DNA of 63,432 bases, the filler included, from Chiloscyllium plagiosum (lineage: Eukaryota), in assembly GCF_004010195.1 (NCBI RefSeq). It is 3 parts of one record of this genome, joined end to end, with 100 filler letters (N's around TTAATTAATTAA, not from the genome) between each part and the next. Parts side by side here need not be neighbours in the genome. Positions count along the whole stretch, not along the records: positions 1 to 29,109 come from NC_057711.1; 2 more parts are not named here. One strand, 5' to 3'. Both the position numbers and the translations under genes were made by a program. Numbering within the stretch: position 1 is the stretch's first letter; each line of letters begins with the position of its first letter. This document shows, piece by piece, positions 1 through 12,470 of the stretch. The notes below the pieces were generated by a model that did not search any database, was not told the DNA's origin, and saw only the letters and a list, made by a program, of their open reading frames with translations.

Positions 1-805
1 TTCAGATAAATGCGAGGTGCTGCATTTTGGGAAAGCAAGTCTTAGCAGGACTTATACACTTAATGGTCAGGTCCTAGGGAGTGTTGCTGAACAAAGAGAC
101 TTTGGAGTGCAGGTTCACAGCTCATTAAAAGTGGAGTTGCAAGTAGATAGTATAGTGAAGAAGGCATTTGGTATGCTTTCCTTTATTGGTCAGTGTATTG
201 AGTACAGGAGTTGGGAGGTCATGTTGTGGCTGTACATGACATTGGTTAGGCCACTGTTGGAATATTAGGTGCAATTCTGGTCTCCTTCCTGTCAGAAAGA
301 TGTTGTGAAATTTGAAAGGGTTCAGAAAGTATTTACACGGATGTTGCCAGGGTTCGAGTATCTGAGCTACAGGAAGAGGCTGAACAGACTGGGGCTGTTT
401 TCCCTGGAGCGTCGGAGGCTGAGGGTTGACCTTATAGAGGTTTACAAAATTATGAGGGGCATGGATAGGATAAATAGACAAAGTCTTTTCCCTTGGGTCA
501 GGGAGTCCAGAACTGGAGGGCATAGGTTTAGGGTGAGAGGGGAAAGATATAAAAGAGACCTAACGGGCAACCTTTTCACGCAGAGGGTGATATGTGTATG
601 GAATGAGCTGCCAGAGGAAGTTGTGGAGGCTGGTACAATTGCAACATTTAAGAGGCATTTGGATGGGTATATGAATTGGAAGGGTTTGGAGGGAAATGGG
701 CCGGGTGCTGGCAGGTGGGACTTGATTGGGTTGGAATATCTGGTCAGCATGGACGGGTTGGACCGAAGGGTCTGTTTCCATGCTGTACATCTTTATGACT
801 CTATA
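1..805 (+). mobile_element. CR1 (HER1-like) LINE, 3' part of ORF2 plus 3' UTR, interrupted by stops
   Basis: ORFs 17-268 and 269-859 read LVRPLLEY / QFWSP / LGLFSLERRRLR / WNELPEEVVEAGTI, the typical CR1 ORF2 C-terminus. Ends in ...GTACATCTTTATGACTCTAT tail. Confidence 0.95.
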
Positions 806-859
806 ACCAGAACTGCAAAAGCGGTCTCACCAATGTCCTTTAAAACCTTATCTATTTAA

Positions 860-1480
860 TTTGCTTCTTTTAACTTCCAAACCAGCGTCAACCTTCTCTC
901 TTGTCTCACTACCCTGCTTAGGGTCCCATCATTCCGCCTGATTGGTTTAAACCCTCCTGAGTAGCTCTAACAAATCTCCCCACCAGGTTACTTATCCCTC
1001 TCCAGTTCAGGTGCAACCCATCCTCCTTGTAAAGGTCACTTCTGGCCCAGGAGCAATCCCAATGATCCAAAAATCTGAATTCCTGCCCCTGCACCAACTC
1101 CTCAGCCACACATTAATCTGCCCTCTCCTCCTATTCCTACTGTCACTAGCACTTGGTACCAGAAGTAATTGAGAAATTACTACCCTCGAGGCCCTGCTTT
1201 TTAACCTCCTGCCTGACTCCCTGTATTCACTCTGCAGGATCTCATCCCTTTCACTACTCTGTCATTGGTACCAATATGTGCAGCGACCTCTAGGTTTTCA
1301 ATGCACCTCTTTGAGAATTTGCTGCAATCATCCTTGACCCTGACATCAGGGAGGCAACCCATCAACCTGAATTCTTGCTTATGGCTGCAGAATCATCTAT
1401 CTGTGCCCCTGACTGCCAAGTCCCTGATATTATTGCTCGATTGAATCTTGACAAAACTTACTTTACAGAAGAGTCAGCTG
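860..1480 (-). mobile_element. CR1 ORF1 remnant (SGNH/GDSL esterase-like domain)
   Basis: Minus strand gives HIGTND at about 1262-1279 and FRFLDHWD...LYKEDGLHLNWRG (ORF 918-1109), matching blocks III and V of the CR1 ORF1 esterase. Confidence 0.8.
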
Positions 1481-2019
1481 TGATGCCCAAGACCTGGCCA
1501 CTGCTAATTTCCTCTGAGAGCTACATTAAACTTTTCCACTGGGTGCATCAAGATGGCAACAGTTTGGCCACCCACATTGTGGAAGTGAAGGATAATGTGG
1601 GACTCAATGGTCACATTGGGACGCACATGTCTGAAATTGTCCCTCTCTCATCAATTAGCCAATTGCAAGAAGATTCTTGTTAGATTTCTTTTGAATGGAA
1701 TACAGGGAGTTTATAGATTACAATCCCAGGTTAAAGCTTCAAATGGGTCTATCTGATTCTCCTCCCATGAATCCAGGTGGATGTGTTGTGCTGCTATCCT
1801 GAACTCTGGGAGACAGAGGGTGAGTAAATGTTTATGATATTAATTTGCCATCACCCACCTTGTGATATGCGCGTTCTAAGGATGAACAGAAAAGGTCCTC
1901 CCCAAAAGGCAGTAAAAATGATCAGTATTTGCTCTTCTAGATCTCGCCCTATCCAAACTATTATCTACCTTATGAGTACGATTGTCCACCTCAGAAATTC
2001 TAAGTCACTGGTCATGGGT

Positions 2020-4150
2020 TCTGTGTGCCCTTGAGTAGGTGATGAGCCTGATCCTAGAGCCACATCTTTGGCCACGCATTTAGAAAGTGTTCATGAGAGA
2101 TGGAAGTGGGCCTTGGCCTTGAACTCACTGGCATTTGTTTCTCTTATCTGTACTTCTTCTTGCTGACAGGCATTCTTAAGGAATTGTGTCCCTTCCAAAA
2201 CACAAGCTCCGTTGGTGCCTCCTGAACGATGTTCAATTATGCATTGACATCTAAGTTGCATTTCTTGAGGGAAACCTGCAGGGTGTCTTTGAAATGCTTT
2301 CATTGTCTTCCTCTTGTTTGATTGCTTTCCTTAAGCTGGGGCAACTAAGATTTGTGTTGGCAGAGCTCAGGCATCGTAGACGCGTGGCTTAAACGGAGCA
2401 GTTGGTTTTGGATGATCATGGCCTTGATGCTGGTGCAGTTAGCTGCTACAAGGACTCACCTGTCCTCCCAGCTGATGGGGGATTCCATCTCAAACAGCAA
2501 CAATGGCATTTCTGATGGGTTGTGACATGGCATCTATACTTTGTCCACATTTCAGAGCCACGTAGGGTAACTATGTTGTACACGGTATCAGCACAGATAG
2601 CACAGTCATTAAAAACTCTTGTCCTTGGGTGTCTGAAGATTGCAGATTGGATATGATAGTGAATTGCCACATTGATGTCAGCCTTAGATGAGAGGTAGCT
2701 TCCTAGGATGGGGAGGTATTCCACATTTGGGAGGATTTCTCCATTGATCTTAATGAAAGGATGGGCTGGAACTTTACCTGGAATGAGTTGATAAAGGATT
2801 TGAGTCTTCTTGAGGTTGAAGCTGAGACTAATTCATCTGTGAAGGCATTGAGCGAAGCTTAAAGGTTCTCTTCCGAGAGCATGGAGTTAGCATTGCCACC
2901 CACACACTGAAGTTCAACAAGCAAGGTCAGTGTAATTTTCCTGGATTTCAACCTGTTGAGGTTGAAAAGTTTTCCGTTCATCCCATAGCCAATATCCACA
3001 CCACTGGGAAGCTTGTTCTTGCCAAGATAATGAAGGTGGAAAAAAGGATGGGGGTGATGACACATCACTGTTTCTCCTCTGTCTTGACCTCAAAGGATTC
3101 TGTTGTATTAATGTAGTGAGGATCATTGCAGATATCTTGTCATGAAGAAGCTGGAGGATGTCAATGAATTTCACTGGGCAGCATGCCTCTGATAGGGTCT
3201 TCTGTAGTACTTCCCAAAAGAATGAATCAAAAGCCTTTACCAGATCATGGAAGGCCAAATGAGTGATTTGTGTTGTTCCTGGCATTTCTCTTTGAGTTCC
3301 CTAGCAATGAAAATCATGTCCATAATTGTATGGTTTAGTTGGAAGCCACACTATGTTTCAGAAAGGATTTGGTCAGAGACTGAGACGAAGGTACCTCGAG
3401 ACAGTTCAGACATTGATCTTCCAGTGATAGAGTAGAGCAATTTCTCAGTCATTCCCACAATCCACTTTGTCTCCTTTCTTGAAGATGATAGCAATGGCAG
3501 CATCCCTGAGATCGCCAATGATTTCTTCTTTGCCCCAGATTTTCAGGAATGGTTGATGGAGATTGCGGGTAAGCCATGCTCCCCCAAGTTTGAAAATCTT
3601 TATTGTGATCCCATATGCTCCAGGAGCATTTCCACTCTTCATGTGTCAAATGTTGGCTTCAATTTCTGCCACATTAGGTGGGAGTCCAAGATCATCTTTG
3701 ATGGGGAGCTGGGGATTTGAAGTGTTCTCTCCATTGGGGCTGATGTTTTCTCTGTCTCTTGAAAAGATTCCTTTCTAACCCTACACCCCTGTTTGAAGCC
3801 AGGGATGTTGTGTCCGTATATTGCCTTGGTAGCACTGAAGAAACCCTGGTTGTCATACTTGTCAGCAAGGAATTAAGCTGCTTAGCTTTCTCAGTATACC
3901 ATTGTTTTTTGATTTCCTTAGTTCTGCTCTTAACTCCATCTTTGCTGTTTGCTGAGATTTCCTTTTTGATTTCCTCGTGATGTTGTTTTGCTGGGAACAG
4001 AGAGCTTTCCTTTTCTTGTCAATGAGATCTTGGATGATATTCTCATTGAACCAATCCTGGCGTTTCTTGGTCTTGTAGCTGATGGTTTCTTCACGCAAAA
4101 GATAATGGCTATCTTCAGCTCTTTGCACATTTCCTCCGTTCCATTAACAT
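2020..4150 (-). mobile_element. RTE-clade LINE, degraded RT region and C-terminus
   Basis: Frameshifted pieces KKRQDWFNEN, APGAYGI..IFK, DAAIAIIFKKGDK.DCGN, DLVKAFDS, LGSYLSSKADIN, and a terminal CGQRCGSRIRLITY zinc-finger-like motif near 2030-2080. Confidence 0.85.
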
Positions 4151-4475
4151 GAACTCTGGAGATTTTGATGAAGGTATTGTTTATAGTTCACTGGTCTGCT
4201 TAGCTCTTGAAACCACTGTGTTGAGTCTTTTTCAGAACTGTTTCTGCTCTGAAAAATATGCTGCATTTTCCAGGCTAAAGGACCACCTTATAGTGTACCC
4301 GGGTCAACTTCTACAATCTTTATTGAATAAATCCTCCTCTGGCTTCCAAAAACTGGCTAGCTTTAGTGTTTCTGAGCAGCTATGTGCTATTCATCTATGC
4401 ATTTTTGAAGCAAGGAATGTGAGAGTTTATCTTGAGTTATTTCAAATGTGACAAAATCTTCACTAAATGAATGTT

Positions 4476-4533
4476 ATAGAGTCATAGAGATGTACAGCAT
4501 GGAAACAGACCCTTCGGTCCAACCTGTCCATGC
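4476..4533 (-). mobile_element. CR1 3' terminus, extremely 5'-truncated
   Basis: Reverse complement of the same tail as 745-805 (GGTTGGACCGAAGGGTCTGTTTCCATGCTGTACATCTCTATGACTCTAT). Confidence 0.9.
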
Positions 4534-4869
4534 CTGTGTTGGCTCTCTCCAGTACTTAAAAGTCAACTGGATTATATACACCTGACCTGTATAACCAAGG
4601 CAGCTCATCCACCTGAGCCAGTTTTCTAACTTGCCCATAAATGCCAGAAACAAAGAATTTAAAGTCAAGATACAGGCTTAAAAACCAGAAATGGAAACTG
4701 TTTTTACCATTAAAATTAACTGTGTAATTTTGATGGTAGCTGTTTACAGTTCATTCATATTGTAATCCAAGCTTTACCCTTTCAAATATCAAAATTAAAC
4801 ATTATAGATCTTACTGCATTTTCTTTGCTTCGTTCACATTTTGCTGTCCTTGCCAAATGTACTTACTTC

Positions 4870-5033
4870 GGCATTTTTCACCTTTTAAATGTTTCTTGAG
4901 ATCTACCTTTTTGACCAAGCTTTTGCTCATCAGATCTAATGTCTCTGTATGTTGCTCGGTTTTGTTTGATAATGCACCTGCAAGTTGTTTGGGATATTTT
5001 TCTGAAAGCAGTACGTGGATACATGTTGTTGTT
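4870..5033 (+). mobile_element. L2-type LINE 3' end remnant
   Basis: CTACCTTTTTGACCAAGCTTTT...TTTGATAATGCACCTG...TTGGGATATTTT followed by a (TGT)n tail, resembling L2 3' ends. Confidence 0.55.
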
Positions 5034-7079
5034 GGAGAAAGCCCTTCACCAAATCACTCAATGTAGCCCTTTACAAACACCCAACTGACAAGCCTGTGAT
5101 CTCCATTTGCTAATGTTTTTAAAGTTATATTTCAGCTCCAGAATTGAGCTCAGTGATTCAGCCACCTCAATCCTTACTTTCCCAAGTGCACCAAATAAGT
5201 TTTCACAAGTTTCCCTGCCCTAAACTCAGATCATTCTCTGGTTTTTCACAAGGGATGTGGAAGTCAGTTTTACAATTTATCTGCTGTCTTGTCGCAAACT
5301 GCAAAATGCCAAATGTAGAAAGCACCTTTAAACAACGGCTTCCACTGGTGTTTTAACAACAGTCCTGCAGTGTAAACAGGATGGATTCAGGGGCTCCAAC
5401 AGCCAAGACAAACAGAAACACTGTTCTGCACAGCTTAAAGGCAACATTTGTATTTCCTGTCAGCAGTTGGAATGCCAAAGGTAGCACATTTGTGCAATGC
5501 CTGCTTCAGTTCCATTTGAATATAAATGATGCACATGTATATATGATTTCTTTTGCATCTGAGAAGCTGAAAATAGAATGGAAGCTATGCCATGAGAGAC
5601 TGTAACTCATTCCCTGTATCTAAAATCCTTTGTTCCCTTTGTTTTTATTCTTATGTGAAACCTGACACTCGAAGATCTCTGAGGATTTGGCTTTGTCTGT
5701 GCTAAATTCAGTGGCTAAACACTGGTACTTTCTGCTCATTTAGATGTGATCTGAATAAAACATGAGTGAACAGCAGGTCGTGTTGGCAGCTGTCATGAGC
5801 CACTTTTAAGCCGCTTTTGTATTGGCGTTTATTTGGTGGGTCCTGAAGTCTGGCATCCGTGAAACGTCTCCTTTGTACTATTACATCCAGCTCGCTTATT
5901 TTGGTGGTAGATTCATAGACCCAATCTTTGTTGGCTCAAACAAGCTACCATTGGAGTGGAGCTTCTAGATTAGGAAACTCTGAGAGCTGGCCTTCAACCT
6001 AAACAAAACATCTATTTACTCCAAAATTCACATCCTTTGAATTAAACCTGAGTGAACAACAGGTCTTAGCATGCTACTTGAAGACCTCATAAAGTGACAG
6101 ACAAAGTGAGAATTCAAATCTTGCCAATGTCATAAACCATTTTAAATGCACATTTGCTTTAGAACTATATTGCCAGCAACGACTTTGGGTTTGGTGGTAA
6201 TTTGATTAAATTAATAATTCTACCCCACCACTGTTACTGAACACTGTCGTAATGGTAACTGACCTGAATAACAGTGAAACGGCTGGCAAACTGGAGGACA
6301 GGCGCCCAGTGGAAAAGTGTAAGATGGCCTTAAAGGACATCACTAATATTTGAAATCTTCCAGGATTCATTTGGTGGAGACCAGTATCTCTCTGCTGACC
6401 TGACCTGAATACTGAAGCTTATAAAGAAAGAATGAATAAACATTTTGTGTGTAAAGAAGAGTATGTATAGTGCCTTTTGTATCCTCAGATTGTCTCATGG
6501 GCAGAAGATTTTAGGGCAAGGCAGCACAATTCATCTGGATTGCTCGAGCAGATACATTGACCCGACAGGCGCCTTGTGGACTGGAAACATCTACATTTCT
6601 TGGTTGAATGACAAGTCTGACACTTCTCATCCAGGATCAGCAAATCAGATCTTTTCTAAGTGTCCTGGACATAGGGACCACGTAAGATCCTTGCCATAGG
6701 CATTTATGACACAGTCCATAAGCACCTCTGGCAGTTTTACAAGGTTACCCCCAGGGCCATTCAGTTTCAGTCTAGCCTACGCAGTAATATTGATATTAAG
6801 ATGTTTGTGAGGACTGAAATAGAAGGACAGTACTCAGTACTGCAACACATTTTGTAGTGGAGTGTTAGTATGGAGAACTATACATGTGATACCATGCAAC
6901 TTAAATTGCTGATCCAACTGGCCATTCATTGGTGAGATGTAAAATAGAAAATAAATGCATCTCCAGGTAAACAGCGAAGATGTCAGAGGATGGGTTTCCA
7001 TGGCAGTGATTTCTCTTGTGTACATTGCAGCTGCTAGCGACAAAGTTGGATTGACAGCTGCTTGCAAACAATCACTTAC

Positions 7080-7136
7080 CTGTTCTCCTAATTGTAACAC
7101 AGAAGAATCAGAAGAGTTGGAGTGGTGTCAACAGAG
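7080..7136 (-). other. Candidate 57-nt internal exon (non-coding or stop-containing)
   Basis: Minus strand: TTTTTTTACTTCAG acceptor, 57 nt, then CAG|GTAAGT consensus donor. Stops in all three frames. No transcript evidence. Confidence 0.35.
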
Positions 7137-8002
7137 CTGAAGTAAAAAAATCTCTCAAAATCAATAAATAAAACAAAGTGCAGTTTACTTCTCCATATTT
7201 TATGAAAGTATAATATTCTCAGACAATCTCAAATGATTGGAGTCATATAAGAAAGCAGAAATGTGTAATTTCAATTACCAAGTCAAAGTTGCGTGTAAAA
7301 TTTGGAATGTTGCTATTCTTTCATGATTTTGTCCTGTTCAGCCCATATCCCAGGGATAATGGGATAGTGTGGGAAGAGAGATGGAGACTTTCCTTAAAGA
7401 AATGATACTAGATTCCACTGAATGATACTACCACATGACTTTGCGTCTTCATTGTTGACCTGCTCAAATTAAACTGAGCGAAAATGAATGGCACTTAGGC
7501 TTTTGCACTCAGCTCAGCCACAATCTAAATTTGTATTGAGCACCAGCCAATTAATGGCACAGTTGCAGTTTTTCCTCAGGACAGAATCTGCATGAAAATT
7601 AAAATAATCATTTTCAGGTTGAATCATATTGTTTGTTCACCTGTCTTTGAAAACCCTGTATCGGTCCAGACGTTTGCAGAATTTATAGGAATAAATATCC
7701 TCTTCCAATAGCAATACATCTTTCTGATTGTGCCAAGTAGGTAAATATGGACAGTTGATATGCTGCTGGTAGTAACTTTTTTCTTATATCAGGCTATTTT
7801 TAAGCAAAAGCGAAGTATTGAAGTTCTTTAGGCTGATGGTATAAGGTTGGTAGAGAATTTGTCATGAGGAAACCAGGATAACTGGTTTATATTAATCCAA
7901 GTGATAAAATAATAAAAGTTTTAAGGGTATAAAGCATCCTTCTTTTGTGTATTATCTCATAGCAATCAATGTTATCAATTTCTAATCGGGGAAAAATGGA
8001 GT

Positions 8003-8340
8003 GTTTTTTTTATTCATCCATGGAACATGGACATCACTGGTCAGGCCAGAATTTAATTCAGATCTCTAACTGGGGGCAGTTAAGAATCAACTACATTGCA
8101 GTGGATCTGGAGTCACATGTAGGCTAGACTAGGTAAGGATGGTAGATTAGTGAACCATATGTGTTTTTCCTGACAATCGGCAATGCTTTCAAGGTTATCA
8201 TTAGACTCTTAATCCCAGATTTCTTTTTTTAAAATTGAATTCAAATTCCACCTTCTGCCATTTGAACTTGAGTCCCAAGGACTTTACCTGGGTTTTGGAT
8301 GAGTAGACGAGTGATATTATCACTAGGCCATTGCCTCCCT
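8003..8340 (-). mobile_element. SINE-like element: tRNA-like head plus 3' tail of the LINE family seen at 24506 and 47420
   Basis: Minus strand starts GGGAGGCAATGGCCTAGTG (A-box-like), has GTTCAAAT, aligns by eye with 24506-24770, and ends in ...CCATGGATGAATAAAAAA like 47960-47990. Confidence 0.7.
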
Positions 8341-8549
8341 CAAGAATGCAAGAAGGTTTGGGGAGGGGATACTTCATCCTTGGATGAACAAAGATGTCTT
8401 TCCTCGTCCATGGATTCCTGTGAAACGTATACAGAACAGCTGTAACTAAAATGATTGATATACTGAAATTCTACAGAGTTTCATGTATCTTGTTGGGAGA
8501 TTGGTGAAAACTCAAGGAAACAGGAAGACTTCAGATTCCTAATTCCAAA

Positions 8550-10139
8550 GGGTTGTCACAAATACATTAAGGACAAAAGGGTAACTAGGGAGAGAATAGG
8601 GCCCCTCAAAAATCAACAAGACGGCCTTTGTGTGCAGCCGCAGAAAATGGGGGAGATACTAAATGAGTATTTTGCATCAGTATGTACTGTGGAAAAGGAT
8701 ATGGAAGATATAGACTGTAGGAAAATAGATGGTGACATCTTGCAAAATGTCCAGATTACAGAGGAAGTGCTGGATGTCTTGAAATGGGTAAAGGTGGATA
8801 AATCCCCAGGTCCTGATTAGGTGTACCTGAGAACTCTGTGGGAAGCTAGAGAGGTGATTGCTGGGCCTCTTGCTGAGTATTTGTATCATTCATAATCACA
8901 GATGAGGTGCCAGAAGACTGGAGGTTGACAAACGTGGTGCCACTGTTTAAGAAGGGTGGTAAGGACAAGCCAGGNNNNNNNNNNNNNNNNNNNNNNNNNN
9001 NNNNNNNNNNNNNNNNNNNNNNNNNNNNNNNNNNNNNNNNNNNNNNNNNNNNNNNNNNNNNNNNNNNNNNNNNNNNNNNNNNNNNNNNNNNNNNNNNNNN
9101 NNNNNNNNNNNNNNNNNNNNNNNNNNNNNNNNNNNNNNNNNNNNNNNNNNNNNNNNNNNNNNNNNNNNNNNNNNNNNNNNNNNNNNNNNNNNNNNNNNNN
9201 NNNNNNNNNNNNNNNNNNNNNNNNNNNNNNNNNNNNNNNNNNNNNNNNNNNNNNNNNNNNNNNNNNNNNNNNNNNNNNNNNNNNNNNNNNNNNNNNNNNN
9301 NNNNNNNNNNNNNNNNNNNNNNNNNNNNNNNNNNNNNNNNNNNNNNNNNNNNNNNNNNNNNNNNNNNNNNNNNNNNNNNNNNNNNNNNNNNNNNNNNNNN
9401 NNNNNNNNNNNNNNNNNNNNNNNNNNNNNNNNNNNNNNNNNNNNNNNNNNNNNNNNNNNNNNNNNNNNNNNNNNNNNNNNNNNNNNNNNNNNNNNNNNNN
9501 NNNNNNNNNNNNNNNNNNNNNNNNNNNNNNNNNNNNNNNNNNNNNNNNNNNNNNNNNNNNNNNNNNNNNNNNNNNNNNNNNNNNNNNNNNNNNNNNNNNN
9601 NNNNNNNNNNNNNNNNNNNNNNNNNNNNNNNNNNNNNNNNNNNNNNNNNNNNNNNNNNNNNNNNNNNNNNNNNNNNNNNNNNNNNNNNNNNNNNNNNNNN
9701 NNNNNNNNNNNNNNNNNNNNNNNNNNNNNNNNNNNNNNNNNNNNNNNNNNNNNNNNNNNNNNNNNNNNNNNNNNNNNNNNNNNNNNNNNNNNNNNNNNNN
9801 NNNNAAATAGGCAAAGTCTTTTCCCTGGGGTCGGGGAGTCCAGAACTAGAGGGCATAGGTTTAGGGTGAGAGGGGAAAGATATAAAAGATACCTAAGGGG
9901 CAACGTTTTCACGCAGTGGGTGGTACATGTATGGAATGAGCTGCCAGAGGAAGTGGTGGAGGCTGGTACAATTGCAACATTTAAGAGGCATTTGGATGGA
10001 TATATGAATAGGAAGAGTTTGGATAGATATGGGCTGGGTGCTGGTAGGTTGGACTAGATTGGTTTGGGATATCTGGTCGGCATGGACGAGTTGGACCGAA
10101 GGGTCTGTTTCCATGCTGTACATCTCTATGACTCTATGA
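8550..10139 (+). mobile_element. CR1 LINE ORF2 fragment with 3' end, spanning a gap
   Basis: LNEYFASV...[22 protein letters not shown], then after the gap WNELPEEVVEAG and a (CTATGACT)n tail. Confidence 0.93.
8975..9805. other. Assembly gap (831 N)
   Basis: Run of N. Confidence 1.
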
Positions 10140-10574
10140 TTTTTCTGCCAAATTACTTTGAAGTATTCTGTGTGTCTATGCATGACAAATGGAGCTAGGG
10201 ACTCCATACATTTGTAGTTCTCACTAGCATCCAGTGTTTCAGTGACATCTGGTAAACCAGCTCTGGCTGCCAGAGTTTTGAGCTGGACTGCTGAGAATGC
10301 AACTTTTTAAAAGCAAATTATTTTCTTGGTCAGCTTTATTACTCAAGTAATAATTGTAAACAAACGGGGCAGGGGGTCTGAACAACCCACTCAGGTTTAG
10401 TGACAACTCAAGCTTTCTACTGTGTAGGCTGTGAGAAGAGAGCCAGAGTGGAATTTATGCAGGTGCTCTGGCATTGATACCTTCAGCACTAGGGACCAGC
10501 ACCAGGGGATATAATCGATGTGGAAGCATCAGAATTATCGCCTGGGGAATTTCCAGTCCTGATATTCACTCCAA

Positions 10575-11090
10575 ATAGACTCATAGAGATATACAGCACA
10601 GAAACAGACCTTTCAGTCCAACTCACCCATGCCGACCAGATATCGTAAATTAACCTAGTCCCATTTGCCAGCATTTGGGCCATATCCACGTAAATCCTTC
10701 CTATTCATGTACCCATCCAGATGCCTTTAAAATGCTGTAATAGTACTAGCCTTCATCACTTCCTCTGGCAGCTCATTCCATACACACACCACCATCTGCA
10801 TGAAAACATTGCCCCTTAGATCCCTTTCTCACCTTAAGCCTATGCCTCCTAGTCTTGGATTCCCCTACATGGGAAAAAGAACTTGGCTATTCACTGTGTC
10901 CATGCCCCTCATGATTTTATAAACCTCGATAAAGTTACCCCTCAGCCTCTGACACTCCAGGGAAAATAACCCTAGCTTAGTCAGACTTTCCTGATAGTTC
11001 ACACCCTCCAGCACTGACAAGGTCCTTGTAAATCTTTTTGGAACCCTTTCAAGTTTCACAACATCTTTCCTATAGCAGGGACATCAGAAA
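10575..11090 (-). mobile_element. CR1 LINE 3' fragment
   Basis: KLERVPKRFTR...LGLFSLECQRLRG (ORF 10865-11059) plus CR1 tail. Confidence 0.93.
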
Positions 11091-11470
11091 TGAGTGATAC
11101 TCCTCATGTCTGCAAACCTATTCTGTGAAGGATAAGGATTTAGTAGTGATCAATCAGCTTGAATCTTGAGTGATTTGATTTAATCTTTGTGCGGCCTAGT
11201 TCCTGAATTTGGGTCAATGTGGACTAAATGAGCTTCTGACCCAGCCTTTTGTATGAACAGTATGATGGCCAAATTACCTCAGCTGTGGCTTTGCAACCAT
11301 GGGGGTGTACCAAAATATTCTTTGAATGACACATGCCATCATTATTTATGTTACTGTTGCTGATACAAATTATACCAGTTCGAATTTTAGTCAGCAATGA
11401 AATAATATTCAGCACAGATATGCTAATTCTGCTAAGGATTAGTTTAATGAATAAAACTCAAAGTTAATAT

Positions 11471-12168
11471 TGTTATGAAGGCATACCTTTTAAGAAAGTT
11501 AAAAGCTAGCAGAACTACCTGACAGTGACAAATGTTCTGAACAAGATATAATGTAACCTTTTGGTCCAGCAGTGAGTATAGCTGGTTGCCTGGAGATAAA
11601 AACAAATTCAAATTCGGCCAGTCAGTTTAAATTATACCCCCAAAAAAAACCAAACTCCAATTAAGTTTGAACTTAGTATATTGGCAATATTAAAAACCCA
11701 ACGACACAATCCGATGCTTTGAGGGTGTAAGTCCAGGAAAACGTGAACAGTTGAGGGAGAACTGCCAAAAGACCAACAGACATTGGCTGCTAATAAGAAC
11801 TCTCTGAGAGGTACCTGTCTAGAGAAGAAATTTGCACAAAGAAAAACATCAACACTGACCTGGACAGTGAATCTACAGAGGAAGGTACAAAGAGAGGAAT
11901 CGACAGCTGGCTGGTTTTGAAATTTGAATTTTTCGGTAAATCTTAATTGGGGTGCTTTATCGGACTAGTATTATAGAAGGGAAAGTAAAAGATAGGTTAG
12001 AGGAAGGAGTTTTAAATAGTTGTTAGTTAATACTTTAAGAAATAAAGTTGTTAATTATTACTTTAAATAGTTCATGGCCTCTCAAATTTTCACAGATTAC
12101 CACATGGGTATATAATTTCTGTGTTGCTGGTTTAGATTAGCATCGGTGGTTTACCCCATGTTGTAACG
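11471..12168 (+). mobile_element. Solo LTR (Gypsy-like, 4-bp TSD)
   Basis: Begins TGTTATGA and ends TTGTAACG (inverted termini, CA>CG). ATAT flanks both sides (11467-11470, 12169-12172). Internal AATAAA near 12040. Confidence 0.7.
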
Positions 12169-12470
12169 ATATATATTAAATGGGCATTGTCAGCAACAGA
12201 TGTGCAGTACACCCTACACTGACAGTGTGAAAGTGATGAATTCTGACAGCATTCAGAATCTAGACAGCAGTCTTCAATGGCAGCATGTAAAACAGATTCC
12301 TTAATGTTAGCTTTACAAGTGGCTCACAATAGTACGGCAAATTTGGGAAAGGCTAAAACTGAGGTGCATGATAGTATTATTCATCATAGCTCACTGTCCA
12401 TTCAAGCCACTTCCGCTGGTTTTCTCTGGAGTATCGGAGACTGAGGGTTGACCTTGTAGAGGTTTACAAA

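Noticed and set aside
8846..9912. Four long ORFs of 284-336 aa
   Set aside because: They are read-through of an 831-N gap and not real coding sequence.
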